In this document: piece after piece, positions 49,947 through 59,204 of the stretch
How the letters are laid out: each line of letters begins with the position of its first letter
Position numbering within the stretch: the stretch's first letter is position 1
Source: an uncultured Chloroflexia bacterium
Lineage (GTDB): Bacteria > Chloroflexota > Limnocylindria > Limnocylindrales > CSP1-4
Length of the DNA: 64,000 nt
Assembly (NCBI GenBank): GCA_963821595.1
Contig: CAWGEL010000010.1
Location: 65,269-129,268, forward strand
Direction: 5' to 3'
Notes under the pieces: model-generated
The model's input: only the letters and a program-made list of their open reading frames with translations
What the model was told of the DNA's origin: nothing
The model's database searches: none
Made by a program: the position numbers and the translations under genes

Positions 49947-52679
49947 TCACGGACCGGACGAAGGAGAAGCCTCGGCCGCTCCCACGTTGATGTGGAAGAA
50001 GAAGCTGGCGGGCCAGCCGCGGCGGTCCGGGTCGACGAGCGTCACTTCGATCCGCACCACCTGGTCGCCGGCCTCCAGCGGGCCGATCCCGACGGTGCCG
50101 ACCTGCGGTCGATCGGCGCCCGAACTCGATGAACTCGAGGAACCGACTCTCGCGACGGAGTACTCGGACTCGCACAGACCGTCGGGGAGCACCAGGCGCC
50201 AGGTCGAATCCTCGCTGCCCCCAACGCCCTGCGGCCCGGCCAGCGGCGGCTGGGCGGCGGCGATGGATCCCGGGGCCGGTTTGCCGTCGAAGGTTCCTGC
50301 CGGTAGCGTGGCCGCGTCGATCACGCCGGGCGTTGGCGTCTGGCCGGGAGCGCTGACGAGGCCGATCTGGCGGACCATGTCGATGGTCGGGCCGATGCAG
50401 GCCACGGCGGTCGGCTGGCCGACGAGCACGGCGTAGGCGAGCTGCTCGCGCGGGTCCACCGGCTGGCGCTCGACGACGAGGAGCGTCTCGCCGCCGACGG
50501 CCGGGGGAAGGTCGACGAGCGAACTCGTCCTCGCGACAGGCCCGTCCGCGCAGGCCACGCTGACCCAGCGATCGGCGGCGATCGGCGGCGCGCCTCCCGC
50601 GGCCGATGCCTGAGCGGCGGCCATGCGCAGCGACCCGCGGCCCGTGCAGGCGACAGCCGCCATGACCGCTCCGGGTCGAAGCGGCGGCGAGCTCTGATCG
50701 CCGAAGTGGAACACGCTGTCCGCTGGCGCGGTGGCGCTGCCCGCCCGGGCCATCCACGGCACGACGATCGTGTGCCCGAGCAGGTCGCTCGGATCCGGCG
50801 CACCCCCGAGGATGAGCTGCGACGCGAGCGGAGCCGACGGCCCGGGGAAAGGGCTCGGGCCGGGCCCGGCGACCGTGACATGGAAGAGGAGCGTCACGGC
50901 CTCGCCCGTCGGCGGTTCGCTCGCGGGCGGCGTTGCGAGATCCCCCGAGCTCGGGATCTCGACCGGCGCCGGGCTGGGGCTGGCCATCGGGCCGGCCGCG
51001 GCCGGAACGAGGCGGACTCTCACGATCCAGTCGCCGGCCGGCGGCGCCGCGATCGCGTGCACGCCTTCACCCATGCCCGTCTCCGCTCCAGCAAGTGCGA
51101 GGGGGCTCGCCGATGGGTCACCGACCTGGACCGCGTCAGTCGTGACCCAAGCCGCGCAGCCGGCCGCCGGCAGCGTGAGTCGCAGCCCTGCCGACGTCGT
51201 GGCGTTGGCCGCCGGCATGGCGCCGACGTCGGCGGGCCGCCAGCCGCTCCCGGGGGCGATGAGCCCGGCCCTCGGGGCGCCGTCCGGGTAGGCGGACAGG
51301 ACGGCCGCAGTCATCGTACGGGACTGCCCGTCGCATGCGGCGGGCTGGGCGCTCACCACCGGGATCGACGCTGCCTGTGCCCACCCGGCGAACCGATCGC
51401 CGTCCGGCAGGGTCCGGTAGGCGCCGGTCGACCCGTCGACGAGGAGATCGCTGGAGCCGTCATGGAGCGCCAGGGTGCGACCGTCCGCTCCGACGCCGGC
51501 GATGGCCGCTGCGGCGCTGTCGCCATCCCATGGCACGCTTCCAGGACGGGAGCCGCGGCCCGGGCCGTCGAGGTGGAGCAGATCCAGCCGTCGGTCGACC
51601 GAGATGAGCGCCCACATCCCGAGGCCCGCCGCGTCCCACGCCGGCCGCCCGACCACCTGCTCGTCGGGGCCGATGATCCACCAGGCGACCTCGTCGGAGT
51701 TGGCGGTCAGCTGCATGTAGGTGCCGACACCCTGGACCTGGAGGCCGCTCGCGTCGCTGACGATCGTGGCCGACCGCCCGTTCAGCGCGTTGCGCCGCGC
51801 CAGGCCGGTCGTGGAGAAGAGCGCCGCCGGTTGCCCCGGGACGAACGCGGCGCTGCCGCCGCCCCCGGCAACGTCGAGCTGGCCGGGCGTCACCGTGAAC
51901 TGGCTGGGGTCGCTGCGCACGACGATGAGCCGGCCGTCGGCGCTCCACGTCACGTCCTCACCGAGGCGGGTTGCCGGATAGGTGGCGGTGCCAAGGTCCA
52001 GTGACCGGACCTCGGCGGTTCTCGCCTCGACAAGCCAGGACGGGGCCACGAACAGTCGCGCGGCGGGCCCCCAGCTCATGTCGACTCCTCGACCGAGCGG
52101 CCCGCTCTCGGCACCCTGGACGCGGATCGGCGCGCGATCGGGGTGGGCCAGGTCGTAGACGAGCACGATGCCCGTGGCCGTCCCAGCGCCGGACGGCATC
52201 ACGCCGAGCGCGAGGTAGCCCTCCGGGTCGTAGGCGGCGGACGCGCTCGCGGAGCCCAGCGCGACGTGCGCGGGATCGATGCCGGCGCCGAGCGACGCCA
52301 GCGCGTCCGGCACCCTCGCGATCAGGCGCGGGGGCCCGCTCATCGAGACCGCCTCCACGACGAGGGCACGTGGCCCACCCCCCAAATCGTCGAACCGCAC
52401 GGCGACGGCCTCGGCCCGCGCGGCGGGCGAGGCCGCCGGTCCGATGATGCGGTCGATCACGAGCGGCACCGCCGTGACGCCGATCGCGACGATCAGCACG
52501 GCCGCCAGTCCGGCCAGCAGCATCCACCCGTACCGTCGCTCCCGCTCCCGCGCCGCGACCCTGGCCCGCACGTCCGCGCCGGTGATCGAGAGGTGCAGCG
52601 TCGCGACCTCGACGCGCAGGGCGTCCGCGAGCGCCGCCTCGACGCGCGCGAGATCGCCGTCCGACCACCGGTCAGCCAC
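49947..52679 (-). CDS. Putative anti-sigma factor: short cytoplasmic N-terminus, one TM, extracytoplasmic region of about 830 aa
   Basis: Overlaps the ECF sigma gene stop by 8 nt. TM WMLLAGLAAVLIVAIGVTAVPLVI. No zinc-binding HxxxCxxC motif. Function is inferred from context. Confidence 0.55.
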   Translation of the reverse strand: MADRWSDGDLARVEAALADALRVEVATLHLSITGADVRARVAARERERRYGWMLLAGLAAVLIVAIGVTAVPLVIDRIIGPAASPAARAEAVAVRFDDLGGGPRALVVEAVSMSGPPRLIARVPDALASLGAGIDPAHVALGSASASAAYDPEGYLALGVMPSGAGTATGIVLVYDLAHPDRAPIRVQGAESGPLGRGVDMSWGPAARLFVAPSWLVEARTAEVRSLDLGTATYPATRLGEDVTWSADGRLIVVRSDPSQFTVTPGQLDVAGGGGSAAFVPGQPAALFSTTGLARRNALNGRSATIVSDASGLQVQGVGTYMQLTANSDEVAWWIIGPDEQVVGRPAWDAAGLGMWALISVDRRLDLLHLDGPGRGSRPGSVPWDGDSAAAAIAGVGADGRTLALHDGSSDLLVDGSTGAYRTLPDGDRFAGWAQAASIPVVSAQPAACDGQSRTMTAAVLSAYPDGAPRAGLIAPGSGWRPADVGAMPAANATTSAGLRLTLPAAGCAAWVTTDAVQVGDPSASPLALAGAETGMGEGVHAIAAPPAGDWIVRVRLVPAAAGPMASPSPAPVEIPSSGDLATPPASEPPTGEAVTLLFHVTVAGPGPSPFPGPSAPLASQLILGGAPDPSDLLGHTIVVPWMARAGSATAPADSVFHFGDQSSPPLRPGAVMAAVACTGRGSLRMAAAQASAAGGAPPIAADRWVSVACADGPVARTSSLVDLPPAVGGETLLVVERQPVDPREQLAYAVLVGQPTAVACIGPTIDMVRQIGLVSAPGQTPTPGVIDAATLPAGTFDGKPAPGSIAAAQPPLAGPQGVGGSEDSTWRLVLPDGLCESEYSVARVGSSSSSSSGADRPQVGTVGIGPLEAGDQVVRIEVTLVDPDRRGWPASFFFHINVGAAEASPSSGP

Positions 52680-53217
52680 GGAGGGCCTCCCGTTCGAGTG
52701 GCGCGCCCTGGCGCTCGTCGAGGGCGGCCCGCAGGCGTGTCAGGGCCTCGCGGAGCTGCGTCTTGACCGTGTTCGGGCGGGTCCCCATCGCCGCGGCCAC
52801 GTCCTCCACCGACAGGTCCGCGTAATAGCGCAGGGCAACGGCCGCGCGGGTCCGGGGCGGCAGGGTCGCGACCGCGGCCGACAGGCTCAGCCGGATCGAG
52901 ACATCACGCGCCAGGTCGTCAGCGGAGGGTTCGGGCACGGATTCCAGGGTCACGACACGGCCCTGGGACCGGCGTCGCGACAGCGCCCGGTTGGTCGCCA
53001 CGCGAAGGAGCCATGGCCGCAGGGCGCCGGGGTTGCGGATCGAGGACGCTCGCTCCCATGCCGTCTCCAGCGTCTCGGCCAGCACATCCGACGCGTCGTC
53101 ACGGTCTCGCAGGATGAGGTAGGCCACGGCCTGGATCTCCCGTCCGTGCTCGGCGAGGAGCCGATCGAGGGCCTGTGGCCTGCGCTGCCGCAGGTCGTCC
53201 ACGATCGTCGACTCCAC
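52672..53217 (-). CDS. ECF-type RNA polymerase sigma factor
   Basis: Region 2 (AVAYLILRDRDDASDVLAETLETAW, PWLLRVATNRAL) and region 4 (LPPRTRAAVALRYYADLSVEDVAAAMGTRPNTVKTQL). Confidence 0.9.
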   Translation of the reverse strand: MESTIVDDLRQRRPQALDRLLAEHGREIQAVAYLILRDRDDASDVLAETLETAWERASSIRNPGALRPWLLRVATNRALSRRRSQGRVVTLESVPEPSADDLARDVSIRLSLSAAVATLPPRTRAAVALRYYADLSVEDVAAAMGTRPNTVKTQLREALTRLRAALDERQGAPLEREALRG

Positions 53218-53373
53218 CCCGAACCTCCAGCGCCGTTGCCGGGACGCCCGTTGGGCCGGGGCGTCATCCGGTGCCCGCGCTCGAACAATAGACGCACGGC
53301 GTCACCGATTCGGGTGACTGCGCGCCGCAAGTCGATCGACTGGGCCGCGGCGGCGTGTGGCACGATCGCCGGC

Positions 53374-54225
53374 GTGGTACGGCAGCCTGCCTCGCGATCG
53401 CGCTCCGGCTCCGCCAGGATCGTCGAACAGTCGTTCGTCGCGACGCTGCCGGGCGGCGACCTGCCGTACGTCCTGCGCCGGTCGGTTCGAGCGCGGCGCC
53501 TGCGGGTCACCGTCGATCCCATCCGCGGCGTCATCGCCACGATGCCGATCCGCACGGCCGAGGCGCGGGCCCGGTCGCTCGTCGAGCCGTTCCTGGCGGA
53601 TCGTGAGCCCTGGCTGCGCCGCCACCTCGCGCGCCACGAGGCCGCGATGGCCGCCTTCGGCGACGGAGATGTCGCGGACGGATCGCTGGTCCCGTTCCTT
53701 GGCGAGCCACACCGGCTCCGGGTCGTGCGGGGCGCAGCGCACTCGCGCACGCGCATCGAGCGGGTCGGCGCCGAAGCCCGGGACGAGCTTCTCGTGACGC
53801 TGGCCGTTTCGGAGCGACGTGATCTCGGGGTCATCCTGGAGGCCTGGTTCCGGGTCCGGGCCCGGGCGGCCGTCGAGGCGGCGATCGCCCACCATGCGCC
53901 CGCCCTCGGCGTCAACCCGACAGCCGTGACGGTCCGCGACCCGCGCACGCGATGGGGCAGCGCTTCGCGTGGCGGCCGGCTGATGCTGGCCTGGCGGCTC
54001 GTGCTGGCACCGCCGGCGGTCCTCGAGACGGTCGTCGTCCACGAGCTCTGCCACCTGCGCGTCTTCGGCCACGGGCCGGGCTTCTGGGATCTCGTCTCCA
54101 GCCGGATCCCCGACCAGGCGAGGCATCGTCGGTGGCTCCGGGACCACGCCGCGGCGCTGCACGCCACCCTGGCCGGATCGCCCGCCGCCCGGCCACCCGC
54201 CGGACAAGCAACCGTTGTTCCGTGA
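53374..54225 (+). CDS. YgjP-like (DUF45/M48-type) metal-dependent hydrolase
   Basis: RWGSAS..GRLMLAWRLVLAPPAVLETVVVHELCHLRVFGHGPGFW. GTG 53374 is the first start in frame downstream of the divergent sigma gene. Confidence 0.75.
   Translation: MVRQPASRSRSGSARIVEQSFVATLPGGDLPYVLRRSVRARRLRVTVDPIRGVIATMPIRTAEARARSLVEPFLADREPWLRRHLARHEAAMAAFGDGDVADGSLVPFLGEPHRLRVVRGAAHSRTRIERVGAEARDELLVTLAVSERRDLGVILEAWFRVRARAAVEAAIAHHAPALGVNPTAVTVRDPRTRWGSASRGGRLMLAWRLVLAPPAVLETVVVHELCHLRVFGHGPGFWDLVSSRIPDQARHRRWLRDHAAALHATLAGSPAARPPAGQATVVP
53423..53438. promoter_or_regulatory. SOS-box-like palindrome TCGAACAGTCGTTCGT
   Basis: Matches GAAC-N4-GTTC with TCGAAC/GTTCG flanks. It lies about 50 nt inside the predicted YgjP-like ORF and about 206 nt upstream of the divergent ECF sigma start. 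Confidence 0.35.
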
Positions 54226-54332
54226 CACCAGCCGTGCCATCCTGTCAGGACGCCATCAGCCGGGCGTGGCATGGTACGGACAGCGCCGGACGGTCGCAGC
54301 CTGGCGCCTTTACGTGATCCCAAGAGGCACAG

Positions 54333-55466
54333 GTGCACACGATGCTCATCGAACCCGCTCCCGTCCGACCCAGCGGCCGGACGAGGCTGCCGGTGGCGCT
54401 TGCCGTCATCGGCATGCTCATCGGCGTCGGCGCGTTCGCCATCGCCGCGACCGTCGGGCCGTCGAACGCGCCCGCGCCCGTGGCCGGTGCCGCGGCGAAC
54501 GCCGCGCTCGACCAGGCCGCGGTCGATGCCAGTCCGGGGGACGGTGCCTGGCAGGCCCCTGCCGGGGCTGTCGGCCCCAACGGCGGGTTCCTCGGTGGGC
54601 GCGGGACGCCGATGATGGGCGCCGGCGGGCCGGGCCTCGGATTCGGGCGCGGCGGAATGCTCGGCGGCGCCATCTCGATCACGAAGATCGACGGATCCAA
54701 GCTGTCGCTGGCCACCGCTGACGGCTGGACGCGCACGATCGACGCGACGGGCGCCACGATCACCAGGGCGGGCAAGACGATCGCGGTGACGGACCTCGCC
54801 GTCGGTGACCAGATCGCCTTCCGCGAGGCGCGCCAGTCCAACGGCTCGTTCACGATCACGGCCATCACCGTCGTCGTGCCCCAGGTCGCCGGAACCGTGA
54901 AGGCCGTGAGCGGCAGCACCGTGACGATCACCCTTCGCGACGGTTCGACCCAGGACATCACCGTCACCGGCTCGACCACCTACACCCTCGGCGGACAGGC
55001 GGCCGACAAGTCGGCCGTCACGGTTGGTGCGCAGGTCTCCGCCCAGGGCACGAAGGCGTCGAACGGGACGTTCACCGCCCTGGCCATCAACGTGCAGCCG
55101 AACCGCCTGGTCGGAACGGTGACGGCGACGACCTCGAGCACGATCACGGTCAAGACTTCGGACGGAACGTCGGTCACGGTCAACGTCGACGCGAAGACCA
55201 CCTACCGCGTCAACGGCGTGACGAGTCCCACGATCAAGAACGTCGCCACCGGCGCCGTCGTGGTCGCAACCGGGCGGCGCTCGTCGAACACGACCTTCCA
55301 GGCCACCGCGGTCTGGTCCCTGCCTGCGGGCACTCCCGGCATCGTCCCCGGCTTCCGGGGCGGCATGGGCGGCCGCGGCGGCGGCAGTTGGGGCTCCGGG
55401 ATGCATCCGGGCGGGGGCTTCGGACCGGCGGCGACGCCCGCGCCGAGCGCCGGGGCCGGCGCTTGA
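54333..55466 (+). CDS. Secreted repeat protein (three DUF5666-like beta-rich repeats of about 70 aa), Gly-rich termini
   Basis: Signal anchor. Repeats of the form GTVKAVSGSTVTITLRDGSTQDITVTGSTTY... x3. Confidence 0.65.
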   Translation: MHTMLIEPAPVRPSGRTRLPVALAVIGMLIGVGAFAIAATVGPSNAPAPVAGAAANAALDQAAVDASPGDGAWQAPAGAVGPNGGFLGGRGTPMMGAGGPGLGFGRGGMLGGAISITKIDGSKLSLATADGWTRTIDATGATITRAGKTIAVTDLAVGDQIAFREARQSNGSFTITAITVVVPQVAGTVKAVSGSTVTITLRDGSTQDITVTGSTTYTLGGQAADKSAVTVGAQVSAQGTKASNGTFTALAINVQPNRLVGTVTATTSSTITVKTSDGTSVTVNVDAKTTYRVNGVTSPTIKNVATGAVVVATGRRSSNTTFQATAVWSLPAGTPGIVPGFRGGMGGRGGGSWGSGMHPGGGFGPAATPAPSAGAGA

Positions 55467-55635
55467 GCTGACGCTCGAACTGCACGGATCCAGCAGCGGA
55501 GCCGGCGCCGCCACAGCCGGCTGCTGACGCTCGAACCGGGCCCGGCGGCATAGCTCGGGCCGACGATGGCGCTGCGACCTGAGGTCGCGCGGGCCGAACG
55601 CACGCGTACCGGCGACCGGCTCCGCGTCCTCCTGG

Positions 55636-56016
55636 CTATCGGAGCAACGTGTCGATCAGGTCGTCGGACGGCGGGTGAATCGCCTCGACCTCGTCCTCCG
55701 CCGCCTCTTCGGCGGTGCGACGGTCCGGGGCATCGCCTTCGGCCAGGACTCTGCCGCACGGTGCGACGACCTGCCAGTGCCAGCGCGGAGTCGCCGGCCC
55801 GTCCGGGCCGGCCATGCCGCGGGCGCAGGATCCCTGGACGGGCACGGCGGCGTCGCGGGCGGGCGATCCGTCCGGCGGGGTGACCCCGTCCGGCGGGGTG
55901 ACCCCATCCGGCGCCGCCGGCTGCTCGACCAGCAGGTCGCGGCCGTGGAGGTGGGCCGCGAAGGCGAGCGAGATGCCCGGGTGACAGCTGGTGGGACGCC
56001 ACGTAGCGAAGAGCAT
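55636..56016 (-). CDS. Hypothetical 126-aa protein with a PPDGVT tandem repeat
   Basis: C-terminal end of the spurious 994-aa ORF. ATG 56016 lies 6 nt after GGGAGGTG. The ...RWHWQVVAPCGRVLAEGDAPDRRTAEEAAEDEV segment is reminiscent of a YegP/DUF1508 unit (weak). Confidence 0.5.
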   Translation of the reverse strand: MLFATWRPTSCHPGISLAFAAHLHGRDLLVEQPAAPDGVTPPDGVTPPDGSPARDAAVPVQGSCARGMAGPDGPATPRWHWQVVAPCGRVLAEGDAPDRRTAEEAAEDEVEAIHPPSDDLIDTLLR

Positions 56017-56207
56017 CCGACACCTCCCGCGGGCACGGCCGCGCGTCTCGTCACGATGGGTGGCCCGGCGGGCGGCGGCAAGAGTCGGAAGCCCCGAAGG
56101 CGGGGGCCCGGAGATCGATGGCGCCTCTCTCCATCGGCCATGGCCGGCTCGTGCGCAGGCGTCGCGACGTCGTCCCGCAGCACGCCCGGCGGTCCGGCCG
56201 TGCTCCG

Positions 56208-57959
56208 CTACCGGGGCGCGACCTCGAGCGGCTGATCCGGAACGCTGGACGGCTCGTGGTCGCGGCGCGTCTCCGGGAGAAGCAGGCTGAAGAAGGCGCC
56301 CAGGACGACGAACGCGAGCGCCGTGTACCCGGCCAGGTGGGTCGCCGACACGAACGCATCTTCGACCGCCGGGACCGTCCGCGGCAGGGCCGCGAGGAAC
56401 GCCGGATCCGCGAAGCAGCCTGCCTCGTCGGGCGGGAGCGTTCCGAGGCCGGCGAACGCCGTACCCTCCGCGGCCGTCGGGTGCTTCAGGGCCGGCAGGA
56501 TCTGGCCGGCCGACTCGTCGACGAGCGTCACGACCAGCTCGCGGCATTGCGGGGAAACATCCGGGAGGGCCGTCGCGAGGTTGTCCCGGCTGCTGCTCGC
56601 GAGCGTGGCGAACAGCACCGTGCCGATGATCGCCACGCCCAACGCCGAGCCGACCTGGCGCATCGTGGAGTTCGTGCCCGAGGCGAGGCCGGAGCGACTC
56701 CCCGGGATGTCCGAGAGGACGATGCTGGTCAGCTGGGCCGTGGCGAGGCCGACGCCGATGCCATAGACGAACAGCGGCCCCGCGAGGAGGAGCCCGCTCG
56801 TGTCCTTGCCGATCAGGAATGTCGTCGCGAGGATGCCGACGGCCTCGAGCGCCATCCCCAGGGTCACGGCCCGTCGCGGGCCCGAGCGCCCCGCGACGCT
56901 CACCGCGAGCGGCGCCGCGACGAACGAACCCATCGCCAGCGCCAGGAAGGCGAGGCCCGTCTCGAAGGCCGTGTACCCGATGACGCCCTGGAGGAACAAC
57001 GGGAGCGCGAACAGCAGGCCGAACTCGCCAAGGCTCACGATCGTGCCCGCGAGGTTGCCGTAGCGGAACGCCGGAAAGACCCACAGGGAGAAGTCGAACA
57101 GGAAGAACCTCCCTGCGCGTTGCCTCCGGATCTCGACGACGCCGAACAGGAGCAGGGCGACGACGCCGGTGCCGATGGCGATGGCGACGATGGAGATCGA
57201 CGCCGACGGCCATGTCCAGCCCAGGACGGCAAAGGGATGGCTCGCGACGGGCGCCAGCCAACCATAGGTTCGCCCCTCGATGAGGCCGAAGACCACGCCT
57301 CCGAGGCCGACCGTGACGAGCACGAAGCCGGGCAGGTCGAATCCCAGCCGCGAGTCCTCGTCGCGTGACTCGCCGATGTAGACGAGCGTGCCGATGACCG
57401 CAAGGAGCCCGACCGGCAGGTTGAGGAAGAACGCCCAGCGCCAGGACAGGTTCGTCGTGAGCCAGCCGCCGAGGAGCGGGCCGATCGCGGCCATGCCGCC
57501 GATCACGGCGCCCCAGACGCCGAAGGCGATCGCGCGATCCCGCCCCCGGAAGTTGGCGTTCAGGATCGACTGTGTGGCCGGGAGGATCATCGCCCCGCCA
57601 AGGCCCTGGCCAAGCCGGGCCCCGATGAGCATCTCGCCACTGCTCGCCACGCCCGCGACCATCGAGGCCAGCACGAACAGGGCGAGGCCCGCGAGGTACA
57701 TGGCGCGGCGGCCGAGGACGTCGCCCATCCGGCCCAGCGTGACGAGGAGCGCGGCAAAGACGAGGGTGTAGATGGTGTTGATCCACTCCGCCGCGGTCGA
57801 GTCGAGCTTCAGATCGCGGATGATCGACGGGACCGCGACGTTCACGATCGTCGCGTCGACGATGATCATCGCGACGCCGAGGCTCAGCATCGCCAGCCCC
57901 AGCCATCGCCCCCGGCCCGCCGTGTGCATCGAAACCGACTCGAGGTCCTGGCTCGTCAT
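56208..57959 (-). CDS. MFS transporter, DHA2 (EmrB/QacA, 14-TMS) type
   Basis: AAGGAGAG RBS. LGVAMIIVDATIVNVAVPSI, GRMGDVLGRR and LNLPVG motifs. Confidence 0.9.
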   Translation of the reverse strand: MTSQDLESVSMHTAGRGRWLGLAMLSLGVAMIIVDATIVNVAVPSIIRDLKLDSTAAEWINTIYTLVFAALLVTLGRMGDVLGRRAMYLAGLALFVLASMVAGVASSGEMLIGARLGQGLGGAMILPATQSILNANFRGRDRAIAFGVWGAVIGGMAAIGPLLGGWLTTNLSWRWAFFLNLPVGLLAVIGTLVYIGESRDEDSRLGFDLPGFVLVTVGLGGVVFGLIEGRTYGWLAPVASHPFAVLGWTWPSASISIVAIAIGTGVVALLLFGVVEIRRQRAGRFFLFDFSLWVFPAFRYGNLAGTIVSLGEFGLLFALPLFLQGVIGYTAFETGLAFLALAMGSFVAAPLAVSVAGRSGPRRAVTLGMALEAVGILATTFLIGKDTSGLLLAGPLFVYGIGVGLATAQLTSIVLSDIPGSRSGLASGTNSTMRQVGSALGVAIIGTVLFATLASSSRDNLATALPDVSPQCRELVVTLVDESAGQILPALKHPTAAEGTAFAGLGTLPPDEAGCFADPAFLAALPRTVPAVEDAFVSATHLAGYTALAFVVLGAFFSLLLPETRRDHEPSSVPDQPLEVAPR

Positions 57960-58225
57960 CGCTCTCCTTGTTCCTGCGCATCCGGTCGATTCGGCACCGG
58001 GGATCATCGTGCCGTGCGAGCTGGATACTTTCTCCACACAATGGTTTCGCTCGGATCATACATGGCGCGACGCGACGCTGCGTGCGGACCCTCCCGGGCC
58101 CGGCCGGCGATGACGACGGCGTCACAGGGGGCGGTATCGGCGCACCGCGCCATCCCGGCCCATCCGGCAGTCCGGTAGCCTGGTCGTGCAGGAACAATCG
58201 CCCGGTCGCGCGTGGCGCGGGACGC

Positions 58226-58855
58226 CTACCCCGGCAGGTTCGCCTTGGTCGGCTGCGGTTGCGCCGCTGGAAGGTCCTCGGCGGCGGAGCCCGGCCGCGG
58301 ACGACTGGCGCGCGGCAGTTCGTCGACCGCATGCATGAGGAAGGTCCGCACCGCGGCTCGGCCGGCACCGTCGAGCGAGGCGAGCGCGCGGTCGATGGCC
58401 TCGGTGCGCCAGAGGTACGCGCGTTCAACAATCTCGGTCGCGCTCGCGGTGAGGGCGACGTGGACGATGCGGCGGTCCGTCCTGTCTGGCGTGCGAACCG
58501 CCATCCCGGACGCCTCCAGCTCCGAGACGACCCGGCTCGCCCAGCCCAGCGAGATGCCGAGCCCCCCGGCGAGCTCACCGATCGTGCGCGTGCCACTCCG
58601 CCCCAGGTGCATCGCCGCACGGATGGCGTGCGGAGACACGGGCGTCCGCTGCCTGGCCTCGTCGCCGTGCGCCGTCAGCACCTCGCTCGCGTCGACGTCG
58701 CGCGTGGCATACACGACGTGGATCAGCTCGACGAGCAGCTGGCTGACGTCGATCGCGTCGGTCGACGGCTGCGTGGCCGCGACGTCGGCCGAACCGTCAA
58801 CGGTCGGCGACGCCGACGGCGACGGAGGATCGGCATGCCTGACCATGGATGGCAT
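58226..58855 (-). CDS. MarR-family transcriptional regulator
   Basis: TIGELAGGLGISLGWASRVVSELEASGMAVRTPDRTDRRIVHVALT winged-helix core. Located upstream of the MFS gene. Confidence 0.85.
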   Translation of the reverse strand: MPSMVRHADPPSPSASPTVDGSADVAATQPSTDAIDVSQLLVELIHVVYATRDVDASEVLTAHGDEARQRTPVSPHAIRAAMHLGRSGTRTIGELAGGLGISLGWASRVVSELEASGMAVRTPDRTDRRIVHVALTASATEIVERAYLWRTEAIDRALASLDGAGRAAVRTFLMHAVDELPRASRPRPGSAAEDLPAAQPQPTKANLPG

Positions 58856-58940
58856 CGTAGAGAAACCGATGCGTTCCCGCGAACCGTCCGGGGTGCGCGC
58901 TCGACACCCATCTCCCGTGTACGGCCGTGGAGCGAGAAAA

Positions 58941-59016
58941 TGGTGGAGATGAGGGGACTCGAACCCCTGACCCCCGCGATGCGAACGCGGTGCTCTCCCA
59001 GCTGAGCTACATCCCC
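58941..59016 (-). tRNA. tRNA-Ala (anticodon CGC), CCA encoded
   Basis: Hand-folded. Acceptor GGGGAUG/CAUCUCC with G3:U70. Anticodon loop UUCGCAU. T-arm GGTTCGAGTCC. 76 nt. Confidence 0.95.
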
Positions 59017-59204
59017 ACGCGAAGCGGGACCCGCGCGCTGGGGCGGGATCGCCGGCCGAGAGTGTAGCACCTCGATCTGCCGCCTCCGGGGCGGGGACCT
59101 GCCCGCCGATCGCACGTTCCGGCTGCTCGAGATCCGGCGCACCGCCCCGGCGGAGGCCCGCCGTGGCCGGGGCCCCTCTGGCCGGCGCAGGACGTGCCGC
59201 CGGG

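Noticed and set aside
55468-55537. 14-nt direct repeat GCTGACGCTCGAAC (55468 and 55524) in the convergent gap after the repeat-protein gene
   Set aside because: There are only two copies and no associated ORF or clear hairpin/U-tract. It may be a weak terminator region, and I cannot assign a function.
55636-58620. Very long ORFs such as 55636..58620 (994 aa), 41378..44512 (1044 aa), 13300..15084, 8039..10054, 19942..21516, 61482..63044 and 52950..55514
   Set aside because: They are Arg/Pro/Gly/Ala-rich with no motifs. They lie antisense or out of frame to genes with strong family signatures (MFS, cpaF, pyrG, OTC, obg, imuB). Stop-free alternative frames are expected at this GC content.
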